Below, piece after piece: positions 53,682-64,000 of a DNA stretch of 64,000 nucleotides. The notes beneath the pieces were generated by a model that worked only from the letters and a program-made list of their open reading frames with translations, was not told the origin of the DNA and ran no database searches. The DNA lies in the NCBI GenBank assembly GCA_947445115.1, contig CANFCG010000002.1:36204-100203 (forward strand), given 5' to 3'. Within the stretch, counting starts at the first letter, position 1; every line of letters begins with the position of its first letter. The DNA comes from Comamonadaceae bacterium. Lineage in GTDB: Bacteria > Pseudomonadota > Gammaproteobacteria > Burkholderiales > Burkholderiaceae_C. Position numbers and translations under genes: made by a program.

Positions 53682-54914
53682 ATGTCTCAATCTCAGCTCC
53701 TATGGACCCTCGGTCTCAACCACGAAAGTGCGCCGCTTGATTTGCGTGCGCGCTTCGCGTTTGCGTCCGCTGAGCTGGGGCAGGCGTTGGCCCAGGTGCA
53801 GGCGGCCGCGCCCGACCTGCCCGAAGTGGCGCTGCTGTCCACTTGCAATCGCACCGAGCTGTATGGGCTTGGAAGCCAAGACCAGCAAGGCTTGGCGATC
53901 ACCTGGTTATCTAAAACAGGCGCCATTTCTGTGGATGAAATGAAGCGGTATTTGTACATTCATAACGACCAAGCTGCGGCGCGACATGCGCTGCGCGTCG
54001 CATCAGGGCTTGACTCCATGGTGCTTGGCGAACCACAAATTTTGGGACAAGTTAAAGAGGCCGTTCGTGCTGCCAGCGATGCGGGGACGCTGGGTACAAC
54101 GCTGCATCAGCTGTTTAAGCAGGCGTTTACCGTGGCCAAAGATGTTCGCACCAACACCGAAATAGGCAGCCACAGCATTAGCATGGCCGCTGCTGCCACG
54201 CGTTTGGCGGCAAGTGTGTTCGAAGATTGGCAGCACACGCGGGTGCTTTTGGTTGGCGCTGGTGAAATGATTGAACTTTGCGCTGCGCATTTTGCCGCTA
54301 AAAATCCGAGGCGCATGGCGGTCGCGAATCGCACCACGGCTAGAGGCACAGCTTTGGCTGCGCGTTTCAGCACACCCACGCTGTCTATCGAGACATTCGC
54401 TTTGGCTGAGCTGTCCGCGCACTTGCACGAGTTCGATGTGGTGGTCAGCTCTACCGCCAGCACGCTTCCCATCATTGGACTCGGTGCCGTGCAGCATGCG
54501 ATTAAGCTGCGAAAACATCGCCCGATGGTGATGGTCGATTTGGCTGTGCCGCGTGATATTGAATCCGAGGTGAAAGCCTTGAGCGACGTCTACCTATACA
54601 CGGTGGATGACCTTTCCGCTGTGGTGCAAACCAATCTTGCCAACCGCGCAGCGGCCGTGGGCGAGGCCGAGCAATTAGTCGATGCGGGCGTGGCGCAGTT
54701 TGTGCAGTGGCAAGCTTCGCGCAAAACCACAGTGCCAAAAATTCAAGCCTTGAACGATCAAGCCTTGCTGTGGCAAGAGCAAGAAATTGAGCGCGTCAAA
54801 AAGCAATTTCTAAAAGATGGTAATACCTCCGAGGCCAATTTGGATGAGGCACTCCAAGCCTTAGCTAGAAATCTTTCCAATAAATTTTTGCACCTTGCGT
54901 ACAAATCTATCTGA
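53682..54914 (+). CDS. hemA: Glutamyl-tRNA reductase
   Basis: Motifs LGLNHESAPLDLRARFAF, LSTCNRTELY and VGAGEM. It precedes prfA, as is usual. Confidence 0.93.
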   Translation: MSQSQLLWTLGLNHESAPLDLRARFAFASAELGQALAQVQAAAPDLPEVALLSTCNRTELYGLGSQDQQGLAITWLSKTGAISVDEMKRYLYIHNDQAAARHALRVASGLDSMVLGEPQILGQVKEAVRAASDAGTLGTTLHQLFKQAFTVAKDVRTNTEIGSHSISMAAAATRLAASVFEDWQHTRVLLVGAGEMIELCAAHFAAKNPRRMAVANRTTARGTALAARFSTPTLSIETFALAELSAHLHEFDVVVSSTASTLPIIGLGAVQHAIKLRKHRPMVMVDLAVPRDIESEVKALSDVYLYTVDDLSAVVQTNLANRAAAVGEAEQLVDAGVAQFVQWQASRKTTVPKIQALNDQALLWQEQEIERVKKQFLKDGNTSEANLDEALQALARNLSNKFLHLAYKSI

Positions 54915-54929
54915 GCCTTTTGAACCCCT

Positions 54930-56024
54930 ATGAAAGAATTTTTGCGCAAGCAGCTCGTCCGTTTTGATGAACGACTCCACGATTTAGAAAGCTTGCTCAG
55001 CAGCCCCGACATCATGGCGGATCAAACCGCGTATCGCAAGCTTAGCAAAGAGCACGCCGAAGTGACACCTGCCGCAGGCCGCTATCAGCGGTACTTACAG
55101 CGCGAAGCAGACCTAGAGGCCGCACGTGATATGGTTTTGCAGTCAACATCCGATCCTGAAATGGCAGAGATGGCGCAAGAGGAGATTGCCACTGCCGAGG
55201 CGGAAATGATGGAGCTAGAGGCCGAGCTCCAGCGCCTCTTGCTGCCCAAAGACGAAGACGATGGACGCAATGCTTTTATTGAAATTCGGGCAGGCACGGG
55301 CGGTGATGAGTCTGCCTTGTTTGCAGCAGATTTGCTGCGTATGTACACGCGCTACTTCGATACGCAAGGCTGGCGTACTGAAATCATGAGCGAGAACGCG
55401 AGCGAGCTGGGCGGCTACAAAGAAGTCGTCGTGCGCGTGGAGGGTGATTCCGTTTATGGCAAGCTCAAGTTCGAGTCAGGCGGTCATCGCGTGCAGCGTG
55501 TGCCGACCACCGAGACGCAAGGCCGCATCCACACCAGCGCGTGTACGGTCGCGGTATTGGCCGAGCCCGACGAGACGGTGGCCATCACGATCAACCCCGC
55601 CGACTTGCGCATCGACACCTACCGCGCCAGCGGAGCGGGCGGGCAGCACATTAACAAAACCGACTCTGCCGTTCGCATTACGCATTTACCCACGGGCATC
55701 GTGGCCGAGTGCCAAGACGGCCGCAGCCAGCACGGCAACAAAGCGCAAGCGATGAAGGTGCTGAACGCGCGTATCCAAGAAAAAGATAGAAGCGAGCGCG
55801 CCGCCAAAGACGCTGCCGTGCGCAAAGGATTGATTGGCAGCGGCGACCGCTCAGACCGCATCCGCACCTACAACTTCCCGCAAGGGCGCTTAACCGATCA
55901 CCGCATCAACCTCACGCTCTACAAACTGCTCTACATCATGGAGGGCGACTTAGGTGACGTTATTACCGCCTTGCAACACGCACGCGAAGCCGAGCTGATG
56001 GCGGAGTTGGAGATTGGGAATTGA
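54930..56024 (+). CDS. prfA: Peptide chain release factor 1
   Basis: GGQHINKT (GGQ motif) plus [12 protein letters not shown], which corresponds to the canonical PxT tripeptide-anticodon region of RF1. Confidence 0.95.
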   Translation: MKEFLRKQLVRFDERLHDLESLLSSPDIMADQTAYRKLSKEHAEVTPAAGRYQRYLQREADLEAARDMVLQSTSDPEMAEMAQEEIATAEAEMMELEAELQRLLLPKDEDDGRNAFIEIRAGTGGDESALFAADLLRMYTRYFDTQGWRTEIMSENASELGGYKEVVVRVEGDSVYGKLKFESGGHRVQRVPTTETQGRIHTSACTVAVLAEPDETVAITINPADLRIDTYRASGAGGQHINKTDSAVRITHLPTGIVAECQDGRSQHGNKAQAMKVLNARIQEKDRSERAAKDAAVRKGLIGSGDRSDRIRTYNFPQGRLTDHRINLTLYKLLYIMEGDLGDVITALQHAREAELMAELEIGN

Positions 56025-56881
56025 GCGAAGTACTTCAATTGAAAAATGCACTGCAAACCACGCTAAATAAGGGTTTGGATCGCCTAGACGCGCAAATGTT
56101 GCTGCTACACGCGATGGGGCAATCAACCAATGACCGTGCATGGCTGATGTCGCACGACACCGACGAACCCACGCCAGATCAGCAGCAAACTTTAGATGAT
56201 CTTATTCAACGTCGCCTCAAAGGCGAGCCTGTGGCGTACATCGTAGGTAGCAAAGAATTTTTTGGTTTGAATTTGAAAGTGACGCCAGATGTCCTCGTGC
56301 CTCGCTCTGATACCGAGGTGTTGGTCGAGTGGGCACTTGATGTGATCCCTCACGTCCAAGCACCAACGGTGATCGATCTTGGGACAGGCAGCGGCGCCAT
56401 TGGACTGGCGATCAAGCACGCATGCCCACACGCCAAAGTTACTTTGATTGATGCCTCGCAGGACGCATTGGCTGTGGCTTGTGGCAATGCCGATTCTCTA
56501 GGGCTTACAGTACATGGCTTGCGGAGCGATTGGTTGCAAAGCGCGCCAGTGGATCAGCTTTTTGACATCATCGTCAGCAACCCGCCCTACATTGCCGAAG
56601 GTGATGCGCATCTAGCCGCGCTTGTGCACGAACCGCTCATGGCGCTCACATCAGGGCCCGATGGCCTCACCGCTCTTCGCCGCATTGCGCTGGATGCTCC
56701 CAGCTATCTCAAGCACGGCGGCTGGCTTTTGCTAGAGCACGGCTACGACCAAGCAGAGGCTGTACGCGCCTTGCTGTTGGCTCAAGGGTTTGAACAGGTC
56801 ACGAGTCGTCTTGACTTGAACGGCATTGCGCGCTGCACGGGTGGCATGTTGAATTGTCCGTACAACACCGATCATCCATGA
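56021..56881 (+). CDS. prmC: Release-factor glutamine N5-methyltransferase
   Basis: SAM motif [11 protein letters not shown] and catalytic NPPY. Overlaps the prfA stop. Confidence 0.9.
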   Translation: MSEVLQLKNALQTTLNKGLDRLDAQMLLLHAMGQSTNDRAWLMSHDTDEPTPDQQQTLDDLIQRRLKGEPVAYIVGSKEFFGLNLKVTPDVLVPRSDTEVLVEWALDVIPHVQAPTVIDLGTGSGAIGLAIKHACPHAKVTLIDASQDALAVACGNADSLGLTVHGLRSDWLQSAPVDQLFDIIVSNPPYIAEGDAHLAALVHEPLMALTSGPDGLTALRRIALDAPSYLKHGGWLLLEHGYDQAEAVRALLLAQGFEQVTSRLDLNGIARCTGGMLNCPYNTDHP

Positions 56882-57339
56882 ATGCGCTTGAACTAAAAAT
56901 TCCTCCGCCACTGGTTTTACTGATCTTTGCGATAGCGATGTGGTTTGCAGCGCCGATGTCCGAGCCGCTTCATGTTTCGCTTGGTGTACGTATCGGCATG
57001 GCGATAGCGCTGGCTGTGATAGGCGAGGGGATAAGCCTAGCAGGCATCATTCGGTTTCGTCGCGCTAAGACCACCATCAATCCCATGAAGGCGAAGAACG
57101 CTTCGTCGTTAGTGACCAGCGGCGTGTACCGCTTCACGCGCAACCCGATGTACCTCGGGTTGGTGATCACGTTGGTAGGTTGGGGCGTGTTTTTGCCCAG
57201 CCCCATCGGCTTGCTTTTGATACCTTTGTTTGCGCTCTATATCACCAGATTCCAAATCACCCCCGAAGAGCGGGTGCTGACTTCGATTTTTGGCAGGGAG
57301 TATGTGGACTACAAAAATAGGGTGAGGCGCTGGGTTTGA
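56878..57339 (+). CDS. Isoprenylcysteine carboxyl methyltransferase-family membrane protein
   Basis: Four TM helices with the motif VTSGVYRFTRNPMYLG. The ATG overlaps the prmC stop (ATGA 56878-56881). Confidence 0.7.
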   Translation: MNALELKIPPPLVLLIFAIAMWFAAPMSEPLHVSLGVRIGMAIALAVIGEGISLAGIIRFRRAKTTINPMKAKNASSLVTSGVYRFTRNPMYLGLVITLVGWGVFLPSPIGLLLIPLFALYITRFQITPEERVLTSIFGREYVDYKNRVRRWV

Positions 57340-57409
57340 GTTAGGTGGCTGCTAATCAGCCAACTAAAATAGCCCAATCGCAATCGGAAGACATTTGAAG
57401 GACATCATC

Positions 57410-57727
57410 ATGGACGCAACCCAACAACGCATTGACGGCCTCGTCAAAGGCAACGACATCACGCTCTTTATGAAGGGCACGGCTAGCTTTCCGCAGTGTG
57501 GCTTTTCTGGGCGGGCGATTCAAATTTTGAAGGCTTGCGGCGTGGATACCAAAACGATTCAAACCGTGAACGTGCTGGAAGACCAAGAAGTGCGCCAAGG
57601 CATCAAGGAGTACAGCAACTGGCCGACAATTCCGCAGCTTTATGTCAAGGGCGAGTTTATTGGCGGCTCGGACATCATGATGGAGATGTACGAGAGCGGC
57701 GAACTTGAGACTGTTATCAAGAGCTAA
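57410..57727 (+). CDS. grxD: Monothiol glutaredoxin (Grx4 family)
   Basis: CGFS active site (FPQCGFSGRA) and WPTIPQLYVKGEFIGG. AAGGA lies 8 nt before ATG 57410. Confidence 0.92.
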   Translation: MDATQQRIDGLVKGNDITLFMKGTASFPQCGFSGRAIQILKACGVDTKTIQTVNVLEDQEVRQGIKEYSNWPTIPQLYVKGEFIGGSDIMMEMYESGELETVIKS

Positions 57728-57736
57728 TGTCAGTGG

Positions 57737-57756
57737 ATTCCCGCCTTCGCGGGAAT
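57737..57756. repeat. REP-like hairpin element, perfect copy in reverse orientation (ATTCCCGC-CTTC-GCGGGAAT, followed by GAC)
   Basis: Perfect 8-bp arms between the convergent grxD and lpxC stops. It could serve as a bidirectional transcript end. Confidence 0.75.
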
Positions 57757-57766
57757 GACGGCTCGC

Positions 57767-58690
57767 TTACCAAGCCTTTGGCAGCTCAGCAAAGCCTGCG
57801 GGTGCATCCGCCGCGTTTTCAAACGTCACGTATTCCCACGACTGGGGCGCATCTAGTAGCGCTCTGAGCAAGTCGTTATTCATGGCGTGGCCTGAACGAA
57901 ATGCGCTGTAGGCCGCCAAGAGAGGGCTTCCCAGCACATATAGGTCGCCCATGGCGTCTAAGATTTTGTGCTTAACGAACTCGTCGTCGTAGCGCAAGCC
58001 TTCCATGTTCAAAATTTTGTCGTCGTCCATCACGATGGCGTTGTCTAATCCGCCGCCTAGTGCGAGGCCATTGTTTCTGAGCATCTCCACGTCTTTGGTA
58101 AAACCAAAGGTGCGCGCGCGCGCAATGTCTCTGGCGTAGCGGCCCGAGCCATAGTCAAACGTGACCGCTTGCCCCGTGCCATCGACGGCGGGGTGGTCGA
58201 ACTCGATTTCAAATTTGAGCGTGTAGCCGTGCAGCGGGTCAAATCGTGCCCACTTTAAGTTTTTGCCTGTCCCTGTACGCACTTCAATCGGAGCAGTGAC
58301 TCGAACAAAACGGCGCGGCGCATCTTGTAGGACGATGCCTGCACTTTGTAATAAGAACACAAAGCTAGCGGCTGAGCCATCCAAAATGGGCACTTCTTCG
58401 GCCGTGATGTCTACAAACATGTTGTCGATGCCAAGTCCTGCCGTCGCCGACATCAAGTGCTCAATCGTTTGCACCTTGGCGTTGGATGAAGAGATAGTAG
58501 ACGCCATCCGCGTGTCGCTCACCATATTCGCTCGCACAGGAATATCCTGTGCACCCACGATGTCCACGCGCCGAAACACGATGCCCGTATTGACGGGCGC
58601 AGGGCGCAGCGTGATTTCAACACGCTCGCCGCTATGCAGTCCCACGCCAATGGCTTGGGTCGTGGATTTCAGTGTTCTTTGAGGCAGCAT
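57767..58690 (-). CDS. lpxC: UDP-3-O-acyl-N-acetylglucosamine deacetylase
   Basis: N-terminus [37 protein letters not shown]. Located after ftsZ. Confidence 0.95.
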   Translation of the reverse strand: MLPQRTLKSTTQAIGVGLHSGERVEITLRPAPVNTGIVFRRVDIVGAQDIPVRANMVSDTRMASTISSSNAKVQTIEHLMSATAGLGIDNMFVDITAEEVPILDGSAASFVFLLQSAGIVLQDAPRRFVRVTAPIEVRTGTGKNLKWARFDPLHGYTLKFEIEFDHPAVDGTGQAVTFDYGSGRYARDIARARTFGFTKDVEMLRNNGLALGGGLDNAIVMDDDKILNMEGLRYDDEFVKHKILDAMGDLYVLGSPLLAAYSAFRSGHAMNNDLLRALLDAPQSWEYVTFENAADAPAGFAELPKAW

Positions 58691-58716
58691 CCGTCTATTT
58701 TATTGAGACGGTTAGT

Positions 58717-60063
58717 TCAATCTGCTTGCTTACGCAAAAACGCTGGGATTTCCAAGTCTTCCATGCCACCAGACGACAGGGCGCTCACTTTTTCTGCTGC
58801 ATTGGTACGATTGCGCATGTATGCAGGAACGTCCGAGATCGCGTAAGAATTATTGACTTCAATCGCAGGCATGGCTGCGGGTGCGATGCTAGGTGCGTAG
58901 GCTGCGTAGCTGCTTATGGGGGTACTGGGTGAAAACGCACCTATTCCTCCTGAGCTGACGCCTGAACTCACGCTCGTGTATGCACTGGGGCTTGTCCCCA
59001 TGCTGGCACCCACGCCGGCAATCGCAGTTTCCAAAATCGGCACGTTATCCGTACCGGTGCGTAGCACTTGCAACTGCGGGCGACCTTGGCTCGCGCCCTT
59101 GCGCTGCAAGCCTGTGGCGACAACGGTCACGCGGATATTGCCCTCTAATGTATCGTCGCTGGCGGTGCCGTAGATGACGTGCGCATCGTCTGCAGCGTAG
59201 GCTCGGATAGTGTTCATGGCGAGGCGCGACTCGGAGAGTTTGAGCGAGCCTTTGGCTGCGGTGATTAACACCAAGATGCCCTTAGCGCCCGACAAGTCCA
59301 CTCCCTCTAACAGTGGGCAAGCAATCGCTTCTTCGGCAGCAGCGCGTGCGCGGTCGGCGCCCGATGCCAAGCCCGTACCCATCATGGCTTTGCCTGTCTC
59401 ACCCATGACCGTGCGCACGTCTTCAAAGTCGGCGTTCACATTGCCAGGTACGTTGATGATTTCGGCAATACCGCCGACGGCGTTTTTGAGCACGTCGTTG
59501 GCGTAGGCAAACGCTTCGTCTTCGCTGATGTCGTCACCCAGCACTTCCAATAATTTTTCGTTCAGCACCACGATGAGTGAGTCGACATTAGCTTCCAATT
59601 CCATCAAACCCGCTTCGGCATTACCCATGCGGCGACCGCCTTCAAAATCAAATGGCTTGGTGACCACACCCACCGTCAAGATGCCCATCTCGCGGGCGAT
59701 ACGGGCTACCACTGGCGCTGCGCCTGTGCCCGTGCCGCCGCCCATGCCCGCGGTAATGAACAGCATGTGCGCGCCTTCAATGCAGGCGCGTATTTCTTCT
59801 TCCGCCATGAGGGCTGCCTCGCGTCCTTTTTCTGGCTTGCTACCCGCACCAAGGCCGCTCATGCCGAGTTGAATCACCTTATGCGCGGCACTGCGGCTGA
59901 GCGCCTGTGCATCAGTATTGGCACAAATAAATTCCACGCCTTGGACTTGACGCTCAATCATGTGCTGCACCGCATTGCCGCCGCCGCCGCCGATGCCGAT
60001 GACTTTGATCTGGGTTCCCAAATTGAAGTTGTCGTCGATCATTTCGATGTTCATGGTTGTCAT
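58717..60063 (-). CDS. ftsZ: Cell division protein FtsZ
   Basis: Tubulin signature GGGTGTGAAPV and GIGGGGGNAV. ATG 60063 has AAGGAG 7 nt upstream. Confidence 0.96.
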   Translation of the reverse strand: MTTMNIEMIDDNFNLGTQIKVIGIGGGGGNAVQHMIERQVQGVEFICANTDAQALSRSAAHKVIQLGMSGLGAGSKPEKGREAALMAEEEIRACIEGAHMLFITAGMGGGTGTGAAPVVARIAREMGILTVGVVTKPFDFEGGRRMGNAEAGLMELEANVDSLIVVLNEKLLEVLGDDISEDEAFAYANDVLKNAVGGIAEIINVPGNVNADFEDVRTVMGETGKAMMGTGLASGADRARAAAEEAIACPLLEGVDLSGAKGILVLITAAKGSLKLSESRLAMNTIRAYAADDAHVIYGTASDDTLEGNIRVTVVATGLQRKGASQGRPQLQVLRTGTDNVPILETAIAGVGASMGTSPSAYTSVSSGVSSGGIGAFSPSTPISSYAAYAPSIAPAAMPAIEVNNSYAISDVPAYMRNRTNAAEKVSALSSGGMEDLEIPAFLRKQAD

Positions 60064-60113
60064 GGTGAGCTCCTTAAAGTTAAAAGAAAATTGCAAAAGA
60101 AAAAAGTGAAAAA

Positions 60114-61343
60114 TTAAAAGTTACTAACAAAAAAATCTTTGAAACGGCTGTACATATTTTTGACCGAACCTGTTTGTTGTGAGGCTCGCACCCCGCGAGC
60201 CCGTGCACGGCGGGCTTCTTCCAAGAGACCCATCACCGTAGAGGCGCGCTCTTGCGAGACGATGTCGGATAGCATGTTGTTGTAGCGCGGCACGGCGCGG
60301 CGCACAGGCTTGAGGAAGATGTCCTCCCCTAACTCCACCATGCCAGGCATCACGCATGAGCCGCCCGTGAGCACAATGCCCGAAGACAGCACTTCGCCAT
60401 AACCTGAATCGCGAATCGCTTGCTGCACCAGCGTATAAATCTCTTCAACGCGGGGCTCAATCACGCCCGCCAAGGCTTGACGCGACAGCATGCGCGGACC
60501 GCGATCACCGAGGCCCGGCACTTCAACTTGTGCATTCGGGTCGGCGAGTAACTGCTTGGCGTACCCGCTCTCTAGTTTGATGTCTTCTGCGTCTTTGGTC
60601 GGTGTGCGCAGCGCCATCGCAATGTCGCTGGTAATCAGTTCGCCAGCAATCGGGATCACCGCCGTGTGGCGTAGTGCTCCGCCTGTATAGATGGTCACGT
60701 CCGTCGTGCCTGCGCCGATGTCCACCATCGCCACGCCCAGTTCACGCTCGTCATCCGATAGCGTCGCCAAGCTTGATGCAATGGCGTTGAGCATTAAATG
60801 CTCGACTTCTAAACCGCAGCGGCGTACGCACTTTAGGATGTTCTCAGCGGCGCTTTGCGCGCCCGTCACGATGTGGATATTGGCCTCTAAGCGGATACCG
60901 CTCATGCCAATCGGTTCGCGTACATCTTGTCCGTCAATGATGAACTCTTGCGCCTCGACCAGTAGCAAGCGTTGGTCGCTCGGAATGTTGATCGCGCGAG
61001 CTGTTTCCATCACACGCGCCACATCCATCGGCGTGACTTCTTTGTCTTTGACCGCGACCATTCCCTTGGAGTTGATGCCGCGAATGTGACTGCCTGTAAT
61101 GCCAGTGTAGACGCGGGAAATTTTGCAATCCGCCATTAGTTCGGCCTCTCGCAGTGCTTGGCTAATGCTTTGCACGGTCGCATCAATGTTGACCACAACA
61201 CCGCGCTTCATGCCCAGTGTCGGTGCAAAGCCAATACCCGCTAGTTGTAACGCGCCAGAGGCTGTTACTTCGGCCACAGCTACCATCACCTTGCTGGTGC
61301 CAATGTCCAGACCAATTACTAAATCTTTATATTCTTTTGCCAT
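60114..61343 (-). CDS. ftsA: Cell division protein FtsA
   Basis: Actin-like motifs VGLDIGTSKV and VDIGAGTTD. Located between ftsQ and ftsZ. Confidence 0.95.
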   Translation of the reverse strand: MAKEYKDLVIGLDIGTSKVMVAVAEVTASGALQLAGIGFAPTLGMKRGVVVNIDATVQSISQALREAELMADCKISRVYTGITGSHIRGINSKGMVAVKDKEVTPMDVARVMETARAINIPSDQRLLLVEAQEFIIDGQDVREPIGMSGIRLEANIHIVTGAQSAAENILKCVRRCGLEVEHLMLNAIASSLATLSDDERELGVAMVDIGAGTTDVTIYTGGALRHTAVIPIAGELITSDIAMALRTPTKDAEDIKLESGYAKQLLADPNAQVEVPGLGDRGPRMLSRQALAGVIEPRVEEIYTLVQQAIRDSGYGEVLSSGIVLTGGSCVMPGMVELGEDIFLKPVRRAVPRYNNMLSDIVSQERASTVMGLLEEARRARARGVRASQQTGSVKNMYSRFKDFFVSNF

Positions 61344-61355
61344 ATGGAGTCCTCT

Positions 61356-62195
61356 TTATTTCGTTGTAATGCCTGAGAGGCGTGTTGCAAAACCGTTTGG
61401 ATAACGCAGATCGACGCTTTGCAAATCGTGTGCGTTGTATTTGTTCTTCACTTGGGATGCCGCTATCAACCAGCGGTTGGTGCGCAGCAGAATGTCTTCT
61501 TTGCTCCCACTGCCCAGTTCAAGCGTTGCCTTGTTGTCGAGCACGGCGCGCCACATGCCCAGAGGGTTCAAACTCAGTTGCACAATTTGACGAGCACTGC
61601 CTTGCGTGTTGGTCTGCAAGCTAGACTGCAAGCCTTGATACAAAGATAAAACCTCGGCTGCGCTTCGTACGGGTCCAGATAACGCGGGCAAGTTGTCGGT
61701 GTCGATTTGTCCACCCGAGGTTTCAAATACTTCACCTTGAACATTAAGTAGTTGCTCAATATCGACATCCGTTTTGTTCTCAGGTGATACTGCCGTGTCC
61801 AAGCTGGTCCAACGCGCAATAGGCGTATGTGCTGTCAAAGACACCTTGATGTGATTGGGGAACTCGCGCTGCACCACGGCGCTACGGATCCAGGGCAGTG
61901 CTTCAAATGCTTGCTGCGTTTTTTGCAAGTTCAAATTAAAGTAATTACCCGAGAGCTGTGGCAGCACGTTGGCACGCAAGGTGAGCGCATTGTGAAATTG
62001 AGCGTCGCCTAAAACGGTCATGCTATGGATAGCAAACCAAGGCGCCAGCATGAATGCCCGCAGTGCCACGGTTAGCAAAATTAAAACAAAAAGCGCCCCA
62101 AATACCAACGTGCCACGCCGCAACCACACGATATCGCGAGGTAACGCAAGCATTTGCTGGCTTGCGGGAACGTAGGGTTGGCGGATGTGGATCAT
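61356..62195 (-). CDS. ftsQ: Cell division protein FtsQ
   Basis: A single TM helix followed by a POTRA-like region. The position between ddl and ftsA is conserved. Confidence 0.85.
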   Translation of the reverse strand: MIHIRQPYVPASQQMLALPRDIVWLRRGTLVFGALFVLILLTVALRAFMLAPWFAIHSMTVLGDAQFHNALTLRANVLPQLSGNYFNLNLQKTQQAFEALPWIRSAVVQREFPNHIKVSLTAHTPIARWTSLDTAVSPENKTDVDIEQLLNVQGEVFETSGGQIDTDNLPALSGPVRSAAEVLSLYQGLQSSLQTNTQGSARQIVQLSLNPLGMWRAVLDNKATLELGSGSKEDILLRTNRWLIAASQVKNKYNAHDLQSVDLRYPNGFATRLSGITTK

Positions 62196-63151
62196 GCGTG
62201 ACTGACCTTTGCATGGTCAAGCTTTGCGCTTTGCAAAATTTGCAAGCAAAGCGCTTCAAATGAAATGCCAGCGGCCTTTGCCGCCATTGGGACGAGCGAG
62301 TGACTGGTCATGCCCGGGCTGGTGTTAATCTCCAGCAAATAGGGCTTCCTAGTTTTGGCATCAATCATCACGTCGGCGCGCGCCCAACCTCGACAATCGA
62401 TGCTTTGGAAGGCTTGCAGGACCAAGCTTTGAATCGCTTCTTCCTCATGCATAGGCAAGCCGCTTGGCACGTGATACTTCACGTCGTCGGTGTAGTATTT
62501 GTTTTGGAAATCGTAGTTGCCATCAGGCGCTGCAATCCGGATCAATGGCAGTGCTTTGGCGTCTGCACCACTACCAATCACGGCGCACGTCACTTCGTCG
62601 CCTTCAATCCAAGCCTCGCACAGTGCTTGTCCGTCGAGTGCTGATGCGGCTTCAAAAGCAGCGGCGCATTGGGCTTTGCTTATGACGCGAGTCAGTCCTA
62701 GGCTTGAACCTTCTAACGTAGGCTTCACAATCATGTTGTGACCGCCCGCCTTAAAGAATTCAAATGCCGCTTCAGTTTCTAAAGCGTTCTTTGTTAAACG
62801 CCAAGCGGGTGTTGCAAGCCCTGCGGCTTCCCAAATACGCTTGGTCATACGCTTGTCGATGGCGATGGCGCTTGCCATCACGCCCGAGCCTGTGTACGGA
62901 ATACCTAAGAGCTCCAGCGCACCTTGTACCGTGCCATCTTCACCAAAGCGACCGTGCAGCGCAATGTGCGCAGCGGTAAAGCCTTGGCGTTTGAGGTCAC
63001 CCATATCTTGCACGCTTGGGTCAAACGCATGGGCATTCACGCACTGTGCTTGCAAGGCCTTGAGCACCGCTGCGCCCGACATGAGTGACACCTCGCGCTC
63101 AGCGGATGCGCCGCCAAATAGCACGGCAACTTTATTCAATAGCCCACTCAT
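62192..63151 (-). CDS. ddl: D-alanine--D-alanine ligase
   Basis: Motif [19 protein letters not shown] and a C-terminal ATP-grasp region [10 protein letters not shown]. Confidence 0.93.
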   Translation of the reverse strand: MSGLLNKVAVLFGGASAEREVSLMSGAAVLKALQAQCVNAHAFDPSVQDMGDLKRQGFTAAHIALHGRFGEDGTVQGALELLGIPYTGSGVMASAIAIDKRMTKRIWEAAGLATPAWRLTKNALETEAAFEFFKAGGHNMIVKPTLEGSSLGLTRVISKAQCAAAFEAASALDGQALCEAWIEGDEVTCAVIGSGADAKALPLIRIAAPDGNYDFQNKYYTDDVKYHVPSGLPMHEEEAIQSLVLQAFQSIDCRGWARADVMIDAKTRKPYLLEINTSPGMTSHSLVPMAAKAAGISFEALCLQILQSAKLDHAKVSHA

Positions 63152-64000
63152 TGCTTACTCTCCACTAATTTCAAAACATCAGCGCACACGCTACCAATCG
63201 AGCCGGCACCCATGCAAAGCACCACATCACCCGCTTTGGCGAAACTTTGAATCAATCTTGCCATCTCACCAATCTGCGGGACAAAAACAGCCTGCACCTC
63301 GTTTGAGGCTACGCGCAGGGCGTGCATCAACGAGCGCCCATCGGCTGCTGCGATAGGCGTTTCGCCAGCGGCATAAACCTCGGACAAGAGCACGGCATCA
63401 CTGCTTTTCATCACACGCACAAAATCTTCAAAGCAATCGCGTGTACGGGTGTAGCGATGCGGTTGGAATGCGAGCACCAGCCGACGCCCTGCAAATGCCC
63501 CGCGAGCCGCAGCCAGCGTGGCCTCCATCTCGACAGGGTGATGGCCGTAGTCGTCAATTAACGTGGCCGTGCCGCCATCCGATGTTTTGAAATCACCATA
63601 GCGCTGGAAACGTCTGCCCACACCCGCGAACTTGGTGAGTGCGCTTTGAATCGCCGCGTCTGGCACATTTAACTCGGTGGCTACAGCAATTGCCGCAAGG
63701 GCATTTCGCACGTTGTGCTCGCCAGGCGTATTGAGTGTGATGGGTAGATCGGGTAATTGAATGCCATTTTTTCGCTCGCAGACAAAGTGCATTTGACCGT
63801 TGTCAGCGCGTACATTGACAGCTCGGATTTCTGCGCCTGCGTTCAAGCCATAAGAGGTGATTGGCCGCTGAACCTTATCCAGTATGGCCTGCACGCCAGC
63901 GTCGTCCGTACACAGCACCGCTGCGCCGTAGAAAGGCATCTTATGCAGGAAGTCTACAAACGCCTGATGCAACTTGGCCAAATCGTGTCCGTAGGTCTCC
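63148..64000 (-). CDS. murC: UDP-N-acetylmuramate--L-alanine ligase, C-terminal part (5' end beyond window)
   Basis: Motif [21 protein letters not shown]...[11 protein letters not shown]. The frame stays open to the window edge. Confidence 0.9.
   Translation of the reverse strand, partial: ETYGHDLAKLHQAFVDFLHKMPFYGAAVLCTDDAGVQAILDKVQRPITSYGLNAGAEIRAVNVRADNGQMHFVCERKNGIQLPDLPITLNTPGEHNVRNALAAIAVATELNVPDAAIQSALTKFAGVGRRFQRYGDFKTSDGGTATLIDDYGHHPVEMEATLAAARGAFAGRRLVLAFQPHRYTRTRDCFEDFVRVMKSSDAVLLSEVYAAGETPIAAADGRSLMHALRVASNEVQAVFVPQIGEMARLIQSFAKAGDVVLCMGAGSIGSVCADVLKLVESKQ

Noticed and set aside
54003-54518. 171-aa and 122-aa minus-strand ORFs inside hemA
   Set aside because: They are antisense to hemA, have an Arg/Ser-rich composition and carry no motifs.
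57341-57367. Imperfect hairpin TTAGGTGGCTG-CTAAT-CAGCCAACTAA between the methyltransferase gene and grxD, considered as a terminator
   Set aside because: One stem mismatch and no following T-tract. It could be a weak structural element, but the evidence is not enough to call a terminator.
62841-63356. A 171-aa plus-strand ORF spanning the ddl/murC junction
   Set aside because: It is antisense to two conserved dcw genes, so it is a shadow frame.

Overview
The window is a gene-dense chromosomal segment that looks betaproteobacterial (Burkholderiales-like). Supporting signs are a Bug/TctC-type binding protein, the dcw-cluster tail murC-ddl-ftsQAZ-lpxC, hemA-prfA-prmC, secDF-yajC, nadCAB, bioB, lipA, coq7, a GTP-type PEP carboxykinase, glmS and serC. 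I saw no rRNA, tRNA, CRISPR array, transposase or integrase. The part that stands out is about 16 kb (1173-17370), wedged with no spare DNA between an aldehyde dehydrogenase gene and the 3' end of glmS. It encodes five signal-peptide-bearing caspase-fold (peptidase C14) proteins, three of them a tandem triplication with diversified C-terminal domains. It also encodes a roughly 1000-aa exported TPR-CHAT protein, a CHASE2 membrane sensor with an unassigned cytoplasmic tail, an OmpA-like peptidoglycan binder and a lipoprotein. A divergent NarL/LuxR-type two-component system sits at one end. The same TCCTAT-N4-ATAGGA palindrome lies upstream of each of the three transcription units. I read this as a self-regulated, envelope-located caspase/CHAT protease system of unknown function. 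Other observations: a ketopantoate-reductase-family gene is broken by an 8-bp tandem duplication. A family of 20-bp REP-like hairpins (ATTCCCGC-N4-GCGGGAAT) is present, and two copies are embedded in coding sequence. A pair of paralogous small lipoproteins is separated by a (TTTAA)7 microsatellite. A small toxin-antitoxin/XRE/Cys-rich-peptide islet lies after pckG. All calls come from reading the supplied translations and DNA by eye; no searches were run.
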